A stretch of DNA of 63,834 nt, the filler included, from Basidiobolus ranarum (lineage: Eukaryota): assembly GCA_040143965.1 (NCBI GenBank). It is 6 parts of 6 records of this genome, joined end to end, with 100 filler letters (N's around TTAATTAATTAA, not from the genome) between each part and the next. Parts side by side here need not be neighbours in the genome. Positions count along the whole stretch, not along the records: positions 21,349 to 31,915 come from JASJQH010000694.1; positions 32,016 to 42,570 come from JASJQH010000695.1; 4 more parts are not named here. One strand, given 5' to 3'. The notes beneath the pieces were generated by a model. That model ran no database searches and had not been told where the DNA came from. It saw nothing but the letters and a program-made list of their open reading frames with translations. The stretch's first letter is position 1. Each line of letters starts with the position of its first letter. Below are positions 26,146 to 39,134 of this stretch, piece after piece. The translations under genes were made by a program, and so were the position numbers.

Positions 26146-26817
26146 ATGACTAGTTCTAGAAACATTGACCGGGTAAGGGAAATGCAAATTCCGAGTGGCT
26201 CATATAATCCGACCATTTCTCAGTCTGTTGGTAACACTTCATCCAATATGAGTGCATTACCCAGTGTCAACGAGCTATTCTCTGGCGAGAATTGGTTCAA
26301 AGTTCCGCTATCAACAGTATCCTCTAGTTCAGCGGATATTGAGTTGGATTCTGTTCTAACAAGCCCTTCAAGCCCTTCTCAATTAGAAAAATACTCATTT
26401 GCACCCAAGTCAAGACAGTCAAGCGTATTATGCGAGGGAGAGGCTACAGAAATTATGAATATAAATGCCCAATTTGCAACTTTTGGTAGTTCATCGTTTT
26501 CACTTGACGATACTGATCAGATATATGGTAACCATAGCTCTCCCGAAGAGTCACATGAAATCAACACTCATACCAATGATTTCAACCAAGTTAGACCCTC
26601 TAATACTAACTTAATATACCTGGGGCAACCAAATTATGTTTCCAAGAGGCATATCTGCCACCTTTGTCAAAAAAGATTTCCTCGACCAAGTTCACTTCGA
26701 GTTCATTTACACACACACACTGGAGAAAAGCCATATATATGTGAATACCCTAATTGTAAACGTAGCTTTTCGGTGCTATCGAATCTTCGAAGACACTCTA
26801 AAACCCACACTGTTTAA
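26146..26817 (+). CDS. C2H2 zinc-finger transcription factor, paralogue of 23370-24005 (start uncertain: 26146, 26182 or 26248; frame open from 25933)
   Basis: HICHLCQKRFPRPSSLRVHLHTHTGEKPYICEYPNCKRSFSVLSNLRRHSKTH; shares the N-terminal LPxxxELFSGExW motif with its paralogue. Confidence 0.9.
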   Translation: MTSSRNIDRVREMQIPSGSYNPTISQSVGNTSSNMSALPSVNELFSGENWFKVPLSTVSSSSADIELDSVLTSPSSPSQLEKYSFAPKSRQSSVLCEGEATEIMNINAQFATFGSSSFSLDDTDQIYGNHSSPEESHEINTHTNDFNQVRPSNTNLIYLGQPNYVSKRHICHLCQKRFPRPSSLRVHLHTHTGEKPYICEYPNCKRSFSVLSNLRRHSKTHTV

Positions 26818-29800
26818 ATGGTATCTCTTACCATTCAATTTTAGTTACGCTCAACTGTCCGTACCTACGAGACTGATCGACTATGCATCCACTTGGGAGC
26901 GTCTATTTGGGGCTCTAGTGTTTAAAAACTATCCAACCATTGATTGGTGAAGGAAATAATGAGTTTCCCAATATTTCTGCATCTTTCCACATCATACACA
27001 CCACCAATGAATGCTTTCATGCTCACCTAAATTAAAGAAAGAACTTGGTCAAGTAAATGCTGTAAATAATCTAAATTAAACTATGTAAACCAGTTGGAAA
27101 TATCCAGAAACATGAATATTTTATGTGGAATCATATGCAGTGACATAGAGGGGAGATAAATTAGATGGGTGACCCCCTTCGATCATAAGTAATTGAAATG
27201 CTCCATGAAAATCAGTTTTACACTTAGATTCAACTCAACACTACACTTACCTATATCCTGGCTCAATCTCTTCGTAATCTTGCTAATCTCCTATCGATTG
27301 AAGCGGACTCCTTAAAATCAACCAAGCCATAATCAATCTGCGTTAATCATAACTACTAAGAGCTATTGTTGTACACGAAGAGAAACACTACTAATAAATT
27401 CCATTTTATACGACAAGGGGATAATGGGAATCTTTGTAAGCACTTGAGATCATGTGTTGCTTATCTGAGTTACAAGTAAAACCTACCAAAAGAGAACCGC
27501 GCCTTTATAAACGATGAACGAGGTACTTTTAACATCGGAAATCAGAACATCAACCCAAATTTGGAATACGCACGGGCAAGTGCATCTTGGACTCTAAATT
27601 ATCCCTGCACTTTTAACAGTTCCTCAAATTGAACTTATACGCACTAATCTGTCCACCGTTTACCAGAAATTTCCCATTTAAATATTCAGTAGATTAGTAG
27701 CGAATAGCCACCAAATAGTCACTCCAAACCCACTCATCCACTGACAGTCTGCCAATGCTGTAACATGGATTAGGAGCGGGTGGTAAGCGTTATCTAGAAC
27801 AGTGGACAAACTAAACATCAGACACATGATCACTCAGCCACAACGAATTATCTCCGTTGGAGGAGATGCGTGAGTATTCTATTTTTTACCAAATGTAGGC
27901 TGAGATCCACTTTGTGTAAGCCATATGAACATTCCATCTTGGCAATTTTGAAGTCTCACTATTGGTTACAATTATAAATGTTGGATTACAATTAAAGGGT
28001 GAGCAGACCATCGATTGAGGAAACAATCGTGTAACTTCACCAGTATTCACTGATTGGCTGAAATATTCAACATAATAGGGCAGATTTTATCTTACATAAG
28101 AATATGCTTCCATTTGTGGGTACTTCTCAGCCAAGGTCTTATTTGGGCTAGACCCATTCCGCTGAAAGATCCACTAGGATAAAATGGAATTCCCAACATA
28201 TCATTTGGGGAAAGCTAGTGTTGATCAGATGGGTGTTTCCGAGCTAGGATACGAGTGTTACAAAGTTACCCATTCGATGAAATCCGGTGATAATTTTCCA
28301 AGGGCATTCTAGCGATGTCACCCGAGCGGTCATGCGTGGTCCTACGAACTCGAGATGGAAATCAACCAAAACTTACTCTTACTGTATACGGGAGGTATGC
28401 AGGCTTTCATAAGAGACACTTGATCATTTCGCCCACATACATATTGGCTGTTTGAGTATATTCTGTTTGATAGTTGTCTGCGGTCCAAGCACTGATAAAA
28501 ATTAGATTGGACTTGGATAAGCTAGTTTATCAGTGATCAGATAGTAACTATATCCATAAGAATATAAAGAGTAGTGATACACTCAGCCCCGGAGTAATTC
28601 TCTTAAAATAAAAGTACCACAGCGCAACATCATATATTTTCGGAATATACAAGAAATACACCAACAAAACGCTTGCTAACTATTGATTAGCCAATAAGTT
28701 GTCTGATGATCATTCCCTGAGATATCCACAGGCTGTATGAGTCCACAAAATCTAATGGTTTGTTGCATTTTCCTGTTACATCTCCAGTAACTTCTATTTC
28801 TTCACTGTATTTTAAGTAACCTATCGCCATTCTATTTTTTATTCTTCTTAAATGGATTGTAAGTAGTGTGACAACCATTTTCCAGTCCCTGCATGCAAAC
28901 ATAAAACAACAACACCCAAATTCAGTAGTACATATGGCGAACTCCTGAAAGTGGAACATATATCTTCAACTTATATAAGTGAGTGTTAAGTTCAATAATA
29001 ATTTGGATTTACCGATATCCGCCATCAAGCATTTCCTATTAATTTAATCTTAAATTGTCCTTTCAAGAGTAGATGGCCAAGGCTAGGATTTTCTATTGCA
29101 TTTGCTATTAAAATCCTTGAAAATCCTCAATTAGCTTTAGAGTGCATATTGCTGTCAGCAAAGATTAATTAAACTGGTTTGATCTAATATATTGCTGACT
29201 AATTTGGAAATATTCCCCTTTAGTATGCACACTATTGTTCTTTACTGATACACTTTGCGTGCAAGCATTTTTCAAGTGCCAACATCTCTTCACTCACTTC
29301 ATGGTTCAACTTCATATCTAACCCATAGCTTAATCAGTTCCCAAATAACAGTCTGTAATATTATGAAGGTATTCTACGACCCTATGGATTGCAGTCAGTG
29401 AATCAGGCTTGCACTCAAAATTTTTTTCGTTATGGAGCTTTACATTATTGGCCATTGCTGTAAGAGGTGCTTTGAAACTGACAGGAAATACATTATTTAA
29501 GCTGTTGGGAATATTTCTAAAGCCCAATGATTTCTTTACATTCCACTCATTTGTGAGAGTAACAGGAGTCATCCATTGAGGAATTTAGGCCTACGTATAT
29601 TTCAACAAATGTCCTATTTGTTAAAAATTTGAATGAAGCATCTAACCGTACATGCACCTTGTTTATCATAGTTGATATTTATTTAGTTCAAATTTTGTAA
29701 GGCAAAACAGCAACAAATATATTGGATATATCTCACAATTTTTAGAAATGTTCCAAAGGATAGAAACTTCGCAAACTTATCCAAAAATTCCCAAACTTTC

Positions 29801-31284
29801 TAAATACTCTAGAAACCGATTCCTATCATTACTTCTCTTCATTTTCAACATAAATACAAATTCCATTTTCAATTGAATAAACACAGCCAGTGCTAATCGC
29901 ATATTCCTTCCAACTATCCTAGACACTTCTAGTTAGTCGCAAGAGCCCACAACACTAAAATTGTTATAAGATGCTTCTACTTTTGATATCGTCCTAGGTG
30001 CCTCTAGAATATGCTGACTCATACAGCAGAGAAGTAAACGAACTGTTTGAGAGAATCAGGAGTTTGTGTAATAGATAAAATGCATAAGCAGGAGTAATAT
30101 GACAGCCTAGTTTTATAGATATAGAGCTATTACTCATAAGAGTATATAGGCTACAGATTCATGGTCTTCTTGTTTCTGAAAGAAGCTATATCGCTAAATT
30201 AACAAGGATGTTGAATAAAGATCCATTATCCAACATTTCTAATGTCAAATATTACTAGATATATTAGCCTAAGTCGAAATGGAATTAATATTGAAATAAA
30301 CCTTTGAGTATTAGAGGCTTCAAACAATGCAAGTTGCTCGGTATGATCTACTGTAAAATGTGTCAGTTATACTTCCTGGGCTAACTCCATAAGCAAGCTA
30401 AGAGCCCACTAATAGGATCATAAATTTATGGCTGATTTTGATTTACTTATAGTATTACATGCTTTTATAAATACTATGTCTACAAAGTTGAGAGGTTTTC
30501 ACATTTGGGTTGGGAGAGATTTAGTAAATATGGTGAATTCCGGAGATTGGGTTATGGTAACCCCGGTAGGTACAATGATTGTGACGATGATGGTGGAAGC
30601 TCTTAGTTTATTTATCTCAATATTTAATAAATCTATTTGATAAAAGTTTGTAGCAGGTTTACAAGCAAACTTTCATAACTAGAGTTCATAATAAATTCAT
30701 AATTCAATTGGCTCAGTATTTTTAGTTCTTCTCCATTTCCCAAATTAGTCATGTTTCCAAAGCATTAAACACTTAATGAACACCTTGATCGGTTGGTAGA
30801 TTTGCAAATAAGAGCAGGATATTAGACTATCGGAACAGAATAGAGAAGCCTTATCTTCTGACATCCTCGGTTTACTTGTCAACAATTCATCAACTATTTC
30901 AATGATGTATCTCAAAACTTTCCTTATTAACACTTTCTTGGCTGACTCCTGACTAATGCCTCTGATGCCAAACCAAGCACACCTAGCAAAGTAGGTCATA
31001 TTTCCGATTCATTAAACGAATCATGTTCTTGATGGTGGATTACCAAGTAATATCAGGACTTGGAATAACTGAATCCAAACAGTTCCAGCAAACCTAGTCC
31101 ATCAAAGTTAATAACAGCAATAGGTAATTCTATAGTAAGCATCACTCAGAAGCAAGAGTCTCTACATAATACTAAGTTTTCTCTTATGATAAAGTTACTA
31201 GATCTAATATACTAAATACACATTCTACTTTATATCTCTTCTATAGCAATGCCCGTATAAAACGACCAGCAATGTACCTATTTT

Positions 31285-31809
31285 ATGACAGCTTCGAGTT
31301 GCTTTTCAATAATCTCTCAACCATCTCAAATTACCCTTATCAATGCCATCTTGTTTGCCTCTCTCACTAATGCATCTGATACTAAACCAAGTACACTTAT
31401 TGAGGATGTTGCCTTATCCACTGCATCCACCTTCCCAGCAAGTGAGAACATGATGTTAGAGACTGGTGCCGACTTCTTTATTCCCAATTTAATGTTAGAT
31501 AAAGAGGTAGTGCTTACTCCTGAAGAATCTCAGTTGCGTCATGTCAGCCTTGGGAAAATATTTGCTCGCTTACTCAAATCTTCTCCAGGTAAGATAGGGA
31601 AATTCGGCCAATCCAAGTTACATAAGCCTGGGAAACATGTGACTACAATGATTCCTAAAACCGGTGAACAAGATAAAAACACTCCTCTCGCTTCTGACAG
31701 TGTTAGCATGCCTAATTCAGCCAAAGTTGAGGATACTGATATTGACAGCAGTGCGGATGATGAAAGAAATACTGACTTAGATACTTCTCCTGAAGAAACC
31801 GAGTTGTAA
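31285..31809 (+). CDS. Hypothetical protein (hydrophobic N-terminus, acidic C-terminus), continued in frame past TAA by a Gly/Arg-rich tract
   Basis: 174-aa ORF; after TAA 31807-31809 the frame reads RGGHGGRGGRGRFGRGGGRFGRGRVGRGG up to the contig end. Confidence 0.45.
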   Translation: MTASSCFSIISQPSQITLINAILFASLTNASDTKPSTLIEDVALSTASTFPASENMMLETGADFFIPNLMLDKEVVLTPEESQLRHVSLGKIFARLLKSSPGKIGKFGQSKLHKPGKHVTTMIPKTGEQDKNTPLASDSVSMPNSAKVEDTDIDSSADDERNTDLDTSPEETEL

Positions 31810-31915
31810 CGTGGAGGGCACGGGGGTCGAGGGGGGCGCGGTCGCTTTGGAAGAGGCGGAGGACGTTTCGGCCGTGGTAGGGTTGGCAGAGGTGGAAGCT
31901 TAGGGCGTTTTTGTT

Positions 31916-32015
31916 NNNNNNNNNNNNNNNNNNNNNNNNNNNNNNNNNNNNNNNNNNNNTTAATTAATTAANNNNNNNNNNNNNNNNNNNNNNNNNNNNN
32001 NNNNNNNNNNNNNNN
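31916..32015. other. Artificial contig linker
   Basis: N44-TTAATTAATTAA-N44. Confidence 0.97.
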
Positions 32016-32294
32016 ATACGCCCCCAAAGCCTCGATTCTTAAGCTGCTCATGATGTAGATAGAACCAAAAAAGTGAACCAGTCCAATGAGTAAGGGAAAA
32101 TATTGCGGGGAGATATAGATGAATTTTTCCTCCCATTTACCTGGCGTCCAGTTAAAGATGTATCCTAATCCATTTTTCCTATTCTGGAATAGAATTATCA
32201 AATTCAATGAAAAAATTTGGTTGCAACTCAAAAACTAAAGTTGGAAGACATCGCAGTGATATAGAATCCCAGTGCTTTTCGTTACTCTTTAAAA

Positions 32295-33565
32295 ATGACT
32301 ACCATCACTAAGTTGTTAAATCTGAATCTTGGCTTTCGTGCTGGTTTTGCCTTACGCAGAACTCCTGTTGTTTTGAGTCATAGAATAGGTGCTTTCCACT
32401 CTACTCAAGCCACCAATGACACCAAGGGAAACACTGAGTCTATGTCCAGTAAGTTCAATAAACATTAGTAGGACTTGACATATCCAACCTATTTATTCAT
32501 TTACTTTTAAAACCATCTAAAGAGGCCGAAACCACCTTGAAGCGTTTCTGGAAGACTGTTACTTTAGCCGAGTTCGAAGGTATGTGTGTTATACTTTCTT
32601 CCATCATATCAACCCGGTAACTAAATTTGTTCTGGATGACTATTAGATGGATTTGCTATAGCTTTGGATGGTAGAAAGTTGAAAACTCCCGGAGGTAACG
32701 TCTTAAAAGTCCCCAAAGAAAAAAGGATTTTGGCTCTATTGGTGGCTGCTGAATGGGAGAGCCAAAGTATCTTATTGAAATCCCACTCTTTACCTTTGGT
32801 AAGAAACTATGCAGTAGTCGAAACTTGATGTATATGGCTTATAGAGTTACTAACGGGTATCCAACATTGTAGACTTCTCTCGTTGCTAGAAGTATTGATG
32901 GGTTGGTAGATCCTCAGGAGAGAGAAGTGACCATCAATCGCTTGATGAACTATTTAGATACAGACACTGCTTGGTAAAGAGATATTTGAATGCTGACTTT
33001 CGCATCTCCGTGCTAAATTGAGCTTTTATATAGTTATCAACATGTCTATCCTCAGTCTTTGATTGATTTACAAAATGAGCACTGGAAGCCAGTGATAGAC
33101 TGGGTCGAAAAAGAGTACCAGGTCAAGTTGAATGTCACTAATAGCATATTGGGTACTGCTCAAGCACCAGAAACTGCTCAACGCCTTCGTCAAGAAATCG
33201 AGTCATTCGATCCTCTCACTTTGTCCGGTATGTATATTCTCTTGCCATCTCACATTCTCATATAAATCCTAATTCTTGACGTTAGCTTTTGAAAGAGCCA
33301 CCTTGTCTTCCAAATCTTTCATTATCTCTTTGGCTCTGTTGAAGCGTCAACTTTCAGTGGAAGCTGCCGCTACTGCTTCCCGAGTAGAGGTTCTTTCCCA
33401 GATTAAGCAATGGGGATTGGTCGAAGATAGTAAGTTCTTCTTGCTGCTATTAGCCTTTATTGCTATTCTAAAAGCATATCTAACTTTTTCATTTTAGCTC
33501 ATGATGTTGAGCACGAAGACATCCGTCGCCAATTAGGTTCCGCTGCCTGTAGTCAGATGAATTAG
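32295..33565 (+). CDS. ATP12: Mitochondrial F1-ATPase assembly factor ATP12/ATPAF2 (multi-exon)
   Basis: Mitochondrial-presequence-like N-terminus; KRFWKTV, LDGRKLKTPGG, AAEWESQ, YLDTDT, HWKPVIDW, FERATLSSKSFIISLAL and QIKQWGLVED/HDVEHEDIRRQLGS. Confidence 0.93.
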
Positions 33566-33958
33566 ACTACGCCACTGTATTCTTCACTTTACAACAATTG
33601 CATTAGTTTACTCTATCAATAAACCTATCTTGTTCACTTATCTTGCTGTTTTCCCTTGTTTTACTGGTAGATTTCACTACACTTTGCTCCGATTTCATTC
33701 ATACCTTACAACTTGAAAATAGTTAAGAGTAACCATATAAGGAAGTCTTAGATCTTGGCAATTCATTACTAAATCGCACGTGCACATGGAACTAAATGGG
33801 CTCCTTATTTCCTTTAAGATTTTTGAATCAGTGACAGCTTTACCATTCTCCTTTAGCATCTCAATACTATTACTAGTAAAAAAAACTTTTAGGGAACACC
33901 TTCCTCTACTATTAAAAAACCTACCTCCCTCACCAAATCCAAAGTATTTCTCCAAAAT

Positions 33959-34958
33959 ATGTCGGAAAAATTACCACTTAAGTTAAATGCCCTCGCCGAC
34001 AACACCTTAATGTTGATTCACGAGCGAAATAGAAACAAAAGTTTAGGTTTAAATTATTTACAACAGGAAAAAACCATTAGTAAAAATCTGGAGCGCATAA
34101 AAGAGGGAATAGAGCAATTAGAACTGGATTTGTCCAAAGATGAAGAGTCAGGGGTTAGGTAAGTAAGTTATTATTTTACAAACACCTTTTCCCTTCAGTA
34201 AATAACAATATTTCATATATTTCAAGTTCTTCTTTATTAAAGCAAAAAGAAGATCACGTCATACAATTGTCACAACAGTATGAGAAATTAGAGGCTCTAT
34301 TGAGCGGAAACCAAAGTGTGGAAGCACGGTAAGTACTTTTTTACATACCCACTTTTTCTAGTATCCTCCTTTATTCAATATTTTCATTCAGTGAACTCCT
34401 TCTGGGAAACAGTCCACCCAAAAGTAGAAAATGGGAAACTAGCGTACAAATTGAGGATTCTGAGGAACTTGATGATGGCCAAGTGTTACAACTTCAGGAT
34501 AGAATAATGGAGGGTAAAGTGTTCTTGTCTATTCCTTATGAACTATTATCAAGTTGATATTTTTATTAACAATCTTCTCCAAATGGGCCCTTTTATATAA
34601 TTAAATAGAGCAAGACCGCAATTTGGATGAGCTAAGTGAAGCTGTCGGTAGACAAAGAGAGTTGGGCTTATTGATCACAGATGAGTTGGATCGTCATATT
34701 GAATTGCTAGATGAAACTGACGAAGCGATTGACTCAAGTCAACAAAAATTAAACGGTGCACGTAGAAGATTGGACTACGTTAGAAAGAAAACTAAGGACG
34801 CTGGTAAGAGATTTGGATATCGTTACTATCAAGTATGGTATAGCACGGATGTTAACGTTTATTCGTTTATTACAAATTCTATAGGTTCTACTTGCATAAT
34901 TTTGGTCCTGCTTTTACTTCTATTAATTGTCATCTTAATTGCAAAATTATTCCGGTGA
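33959..34958 (+). CDS. SYN8: Syntaxin-8-like Qc-SNARE (multi-exon)
   Basis: N-terminus LNALADNTLMLIHERNR; SNARE motif QDRNLDELSEAVGRQRELGLLITDELDRHIELLD; C-terminal TM CIILVLLLLLLIVILI. Confidence 0.85.
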
Positions 34959-35089
34959 TACTTGATTTTGAACTGCCCTTGTTTTCACTTTATTTTAGTG
35001 TAGAAATAAACAATATTTTGAACTTGTAGTTGAAATTACCAATATTACTAAGTCATCTTTATGGTATTAGTTCATTTTAGAAACTCTAT

Positions 35090-36620
35090 ATGTCCGACAA
35101 CTCGAACAACTAGCATAAACTGAAGGAACTTGGTATCTCATTTAATTAGAAAACGAAGTGAATAACCAGGGTAGATCCTTCCATCTTATTAAACCATTGT
35201 TGAATCAACAGAATATTGAACCTCGGAGTTGTGTATCTTATTTTCTGTCTCTCCAGTTTGTCTGCAACTGAGTGTATTATCTTTAAGGCGATTGAGCTCA
35301 AACTAACAGGTTAAAATTGTACGATTGTCAGGCTGCAGTCTTCGAAAGAATTGGAAATATCCAAGCAGCCTACTGCAATGGCAAAAAGATGATCGACATG
35401 GTTCCTTCAAGTGCGAAGGTACCCATTTACTTCTTGAAGGCTTGTAAGGAGCAGTCCTTTATTTCTTTTACTCTCAGGGGTATATTCGTGCTGGGAAGAT
35501 TCACAAGTTTAGTGGATGTTACGAGGTTGCATATCATGTTTATGAGAGTGATAGGTGTAAACTCAAGTCAGAGGATTCAGAAATCCAAGTAAACATTTGG
35601 TTTGATAAATTTTATTAAGTATCGAGACTTCTTACTCATCAATGTCAGTTGTTAGCTAAGTACAGCCAGGAAGTCATCACCAAGTATAAAAATTCTCAAG
35701 TGAATAGGCCCACCTCAGCTCTCAGTGTCTGCAGGGCTGCCTCCAAATCTATGGACAAACGAGTTACAATAGCAAAATGTGACAAAGTTAAAAATCAATG
35801 GCTGACTGATCATGCAGTCTATTCTGTCACCTGTGGATTGCGATAACTTCGTGAATTGAATATTTCCGACAATCCGTTAAGGACCAAAAAAGCATCATCA
35901 ATCTCATATCCCATCTCTTACACACATCTCGCTCACTAGAATATATTTTAAGAATCTAACTGTCCTCCCTTTGGATGAGGCGTTTCGTTTGTTCGCAGAT
36001 AACTGCTCGCATTTGCGTGAGTTGAGCCTGGCTAGATGACTGCAACTCTCCCAGGCTATTGTGGAGCATTTGACTACATTTTGAGTGGGTTTAGAAACTC
36101 TCGATCTAAAGGAAAATATCAACCTTAATGATATAGTACTCGTTCGATTGCAAGTACTGCTTCAATTTATGTAAATTAGCCGTGGCAGCCTGTCCCAATA
36201 TATCCGAGTTAGGAATGAGTGCACTCATCATAGGGTGCTCTACTCTAACCCATTTAGATATTTCTCGGAATCCCAATATTACAGATAGTTTTCTGATCGA
36301 AATAATCGAATCATATACTCAATTGGTGGAGATAAATATCAACTTTTATAGAATCACATGGAGTTTTCAAATTGATCTGAAAGTTCAGCAAATCATTGAG
36401 TGTGTTGAGGATGGATGGTTGCAACGGAGCAAGCGCTGAGACAGTCATGTTTGCCAGACAAGCGTTGGGCACTGCAGCCGTGTCGTGTTCATTTTTGTTA
36501 TAGAGATCGCTTATTGTTCCACCCTTGCAATTGTGAATAATAATCACTTCAATTGAGTTATTTTGCTGGGCGCATAGAATGGGAACTGTATGCAAGATCG
36601 GCTCAACTTTAAAACGCGTG
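35090..36620 (+). pseudogene. Disrupted TPR + LRR gene resembling Pof3/Dia2 F-box proteins
   Basis: TPR-like YDCQAAVFERIGNIQAAYCNGKKMIDMVPSSAK/GYIRAGKI; LRRs LRELNIS, LRELSLAR*LQLS, LETLDLKEN and LTHLDISRNPNITD. Several in-frame stops. No F-box recognisable. Confidence 0.65.
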
Positions 36621-36883
36621 TTCTAGTCTACCCATTGGTCTTCATTTGATTTAACAATTGCTATTTGAATATATGTCAGAATCATCAATGATCTAGATGG
36701 CTCACGCAGTTGACGTAGTTAGGTTCCACCAATTAGACCTGATGCAATTAATGAATGATGATATTGAATCAGAATGCATATCTATAAAGTTGATATGAGA
36801 TCAATCTTGCCGATATTAGTCAACATCCCGTATCCACTTCTCATTCATATCACTTGTATCTTTTCACTGGTACACGAAATAGT

Positions 36884-37411
36884 ATGTGGAAGTTCGTTAC
36901 CCTTATTCTAGCCATCCTGGCATGTCTTTCTTTCGCTAAAGCTGATTTAAACCTTCAAGAAGAAGAGTTACAAGAAGACGGAGATTATCTAGAGCAACAG
37001 TTATACGACAACCCTCTAGGAAAGCCTTTGGGTGATTCTCTCTTCGACTGCGGTACTCCGACCGACCTACTTAAAATTGAATATGTTAAGATTAACCCCG
37101 ACCCACCACACAAGGGACAAAAGCTTCGTATTCAAGGTTCTGGTGTCTTTAGTGATACAGTAGGGGAAGGTAGTTATGCTGTTGTCTCAGTCAAATACGG
37201 ACGGATCAGAATCCTTCAAATGAAATTCGATACATGCAAAGAAATTAAGCAAATCGATAAAGAATGTCCTCTTGGCCCTGGACCCCAAAGTATTGACGCT
37301 GAAGTTGAACTTCCCAAAGAAATTCCCCCTGGTAGATACACCGCCCACGCACAAGTGTACACCAAGGATGGTCGTCAAGTCGCCTGTATCAATGGACTAG
37401 TCAAATTTTAA
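36884..37411 (+). CDS. NPC2: ML-domain (NPC2-like) phosphatidylglycerol/phosphatidylinositol transfer or sterol-binding protein, secreted
   Basis: Signal peptide MWKFVTLILAILACLSFAKA; CGTPTDLLKIEYVKINPDPPHKG, VKYGRIRIL, CPLGPG and ELPKEIPPGRY...VACI. Confidence 0.9.
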   Translation: MWKFVTLILAILACLSFAKADLNLQEEELQEDGDYLEQQLYDNPLGKPLGDSLFDCGTPTDLLKIEYVKINPDPPHKGQKLRIQGSGVFSDTVGEGSYAVVSVKYGRIRILQMKFDTCKEIKQIDKECPLGPGPQSIDAEVELPKEIPPGRYTAHAQVYTKDGRQVACINGLVKF

Positions 37412-37700
37412 GCACATTAAATATATTGTCTAATTTGTACAACTTCAAATCGAATATATCGGTTTTTAGATCTCAGTATGTTCTTCATATCACTCTTCCC
37501 CATTCATGTATCTCGGAAGAACTCTAACTAACATTAAATTGAAAAAAAGCCAATTTCTTAATTATTTTGGGTTAGATTTATACTCGCATTCCCAATGATT
37601 GTTGTGAATGGTTTACAGGGATATTTTTGTCTTGTATAGAAGGTGGATAATGGGTAAAACACAAATACATTTTAGTTAGAGTCTCTAATAAACTTTTTGT

Positions 37701-39134
37701 TCAAGAAGTGGTATCCATCTCTTGGGAAGTGTTTTCTTTTGAAGGATTAGTATCTTGATTCTCGATTGAATTTGATTCATCGTCAGTATCCATGTTTTCT
37801 GTCTCTTTACCTGGTGTATTTGCCTCGCTTTCCATGAGCTCGGGGAGATTTTGGTCGTTCGTTGGCTCACCGTTATTCAACGGGTTAGACTCAACAGGTC
37901 CTGCGGTGGCCGCATCAACATCACCTCTCTTCATCAACTCAATGTCATCAGCCGGAACAGTAGTGCTTTCATTTTCCATTAAAGAATCAGTAGTCTGGGT
38001 ATTACTTGGAACTGCAGCCTCCATAAGCTCTGTTGATTTGATAGTATCATGCAATGACTCTAACGAAGGTTCAGGTGATTTGCTTTTACTTCCCTCTACA
38101 CCCTTGTTACTAGCTGCTGACTCAGGTTCCTCATCATTTGTCGTTGTAGCCTCGCTCTCCATACTTACCGGCTCCTCGGGAATATCAATCAGATCTGTCT
38201 CCTTGGAATTAATTTTAGAATCGTCGATATCTCCATTGACATTGCTCGGAAAATCGACGTAAGTAGATGTCACGGTAACAACCTAGGCCAAAGGTAGGTT
38301 CATATGCCAAATTGTTAGGAAGAAGTGTTGAAAGAAGTAAAAAAGTCCATTTAAAGTACCTTTTCTAGAGCTCGCATATATTTGGGTAAGGTTTTGTGAT
38401 GTTCTTTAGGATAAACAATCAGTTCACATAAACGTTGTACGGTGAAAGGGGGGTCTCTAGAATGAATGAATAAGTGCAAATCATTAGCCAGTCTGATAAA
38501 GTGATTTGGAGAAAAATCAAGACAATACTTTTTGAAAACTTCTAGAGCTTTAACAATTCGAGTTTGATATTCTCTAATCTCTTCGGTTATCTCAGTGTTA
38601 AACTCTGTGGCCAAAAATTCGATATTCTTTGAGTTGTGAGCTTGTATTAGTATTGGGTATAGAGGTAACTATGTAGCAAAATAGGGTTGCTACATACGTG
38701 ATCAATTTTAGCTACAAGTCGTAAGCGCACTTCTTCCCAGGAACCGCTAAAATTATTTTGTTGGATCAATAAGTGGGATGGGTCGAACAAAGGAATTGGA
38801 GAGCCCATTATATGAATCATCCTTACTTGAAAATATTACTTTGAGCGACATATTCAATAATTTCCTCAATATTATCTAAATTTTCCAGTCAACATCGATT
38901 AAATAGCTGTTAATTGCGAGGGGTGGGAGAATTTACTTTCTCTTTTTACGGAAAAGTTACATACCCTTTGGAATGGTTGTATTTTGACCTACATAAATTC
39001 ATTAGCTTGATTAATAAAGCATCTATATGATGGGTGGTCGAGGTGGTTCATAAGCATTGCTAAACATCCTTCTCTCTTTAGAGGTTACCTTCTTTCGATG
39101 GAGTTTCGTTATTTTGAAGTATAGGCTCTGTCAT
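37701..39134 (-). CDS. PPP4R2: Protein phosphatase 4 regulatory subunit 2 (PPP4R2/Psy4), multi-exon with acidic tail
   Basis: PPFTVQRLCELIVYPKEHHKTLPKYMRALEK/VVTVTS is the PPP4R2 signature. Upstream short exons MTEPILQ..., QNTTIPK and DNIEEIIEYVAQSNIFK splice in frame. Start inferred. Confidence 0.85.

Noticed and set aside
28690-31200. Short ORFs and a possible LTR-like segment (~29577-29954)
   Set aside because: No second copy in the window, no clear TSD, and no recognisable transposase or protein motif.
31707-31722. Partial complement of the candidate small RNA (ATGCCTAATTCAGC) in the 31285 ORF
   Set aside because: Covers only the 3' half of the putative guide, lies on an unlinked contig, and is plausible by chance.
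37792-38262. 156-aa plus-strand ORF
   Set aside because: Antisense shadow of the acidic PPP4R2 tail.
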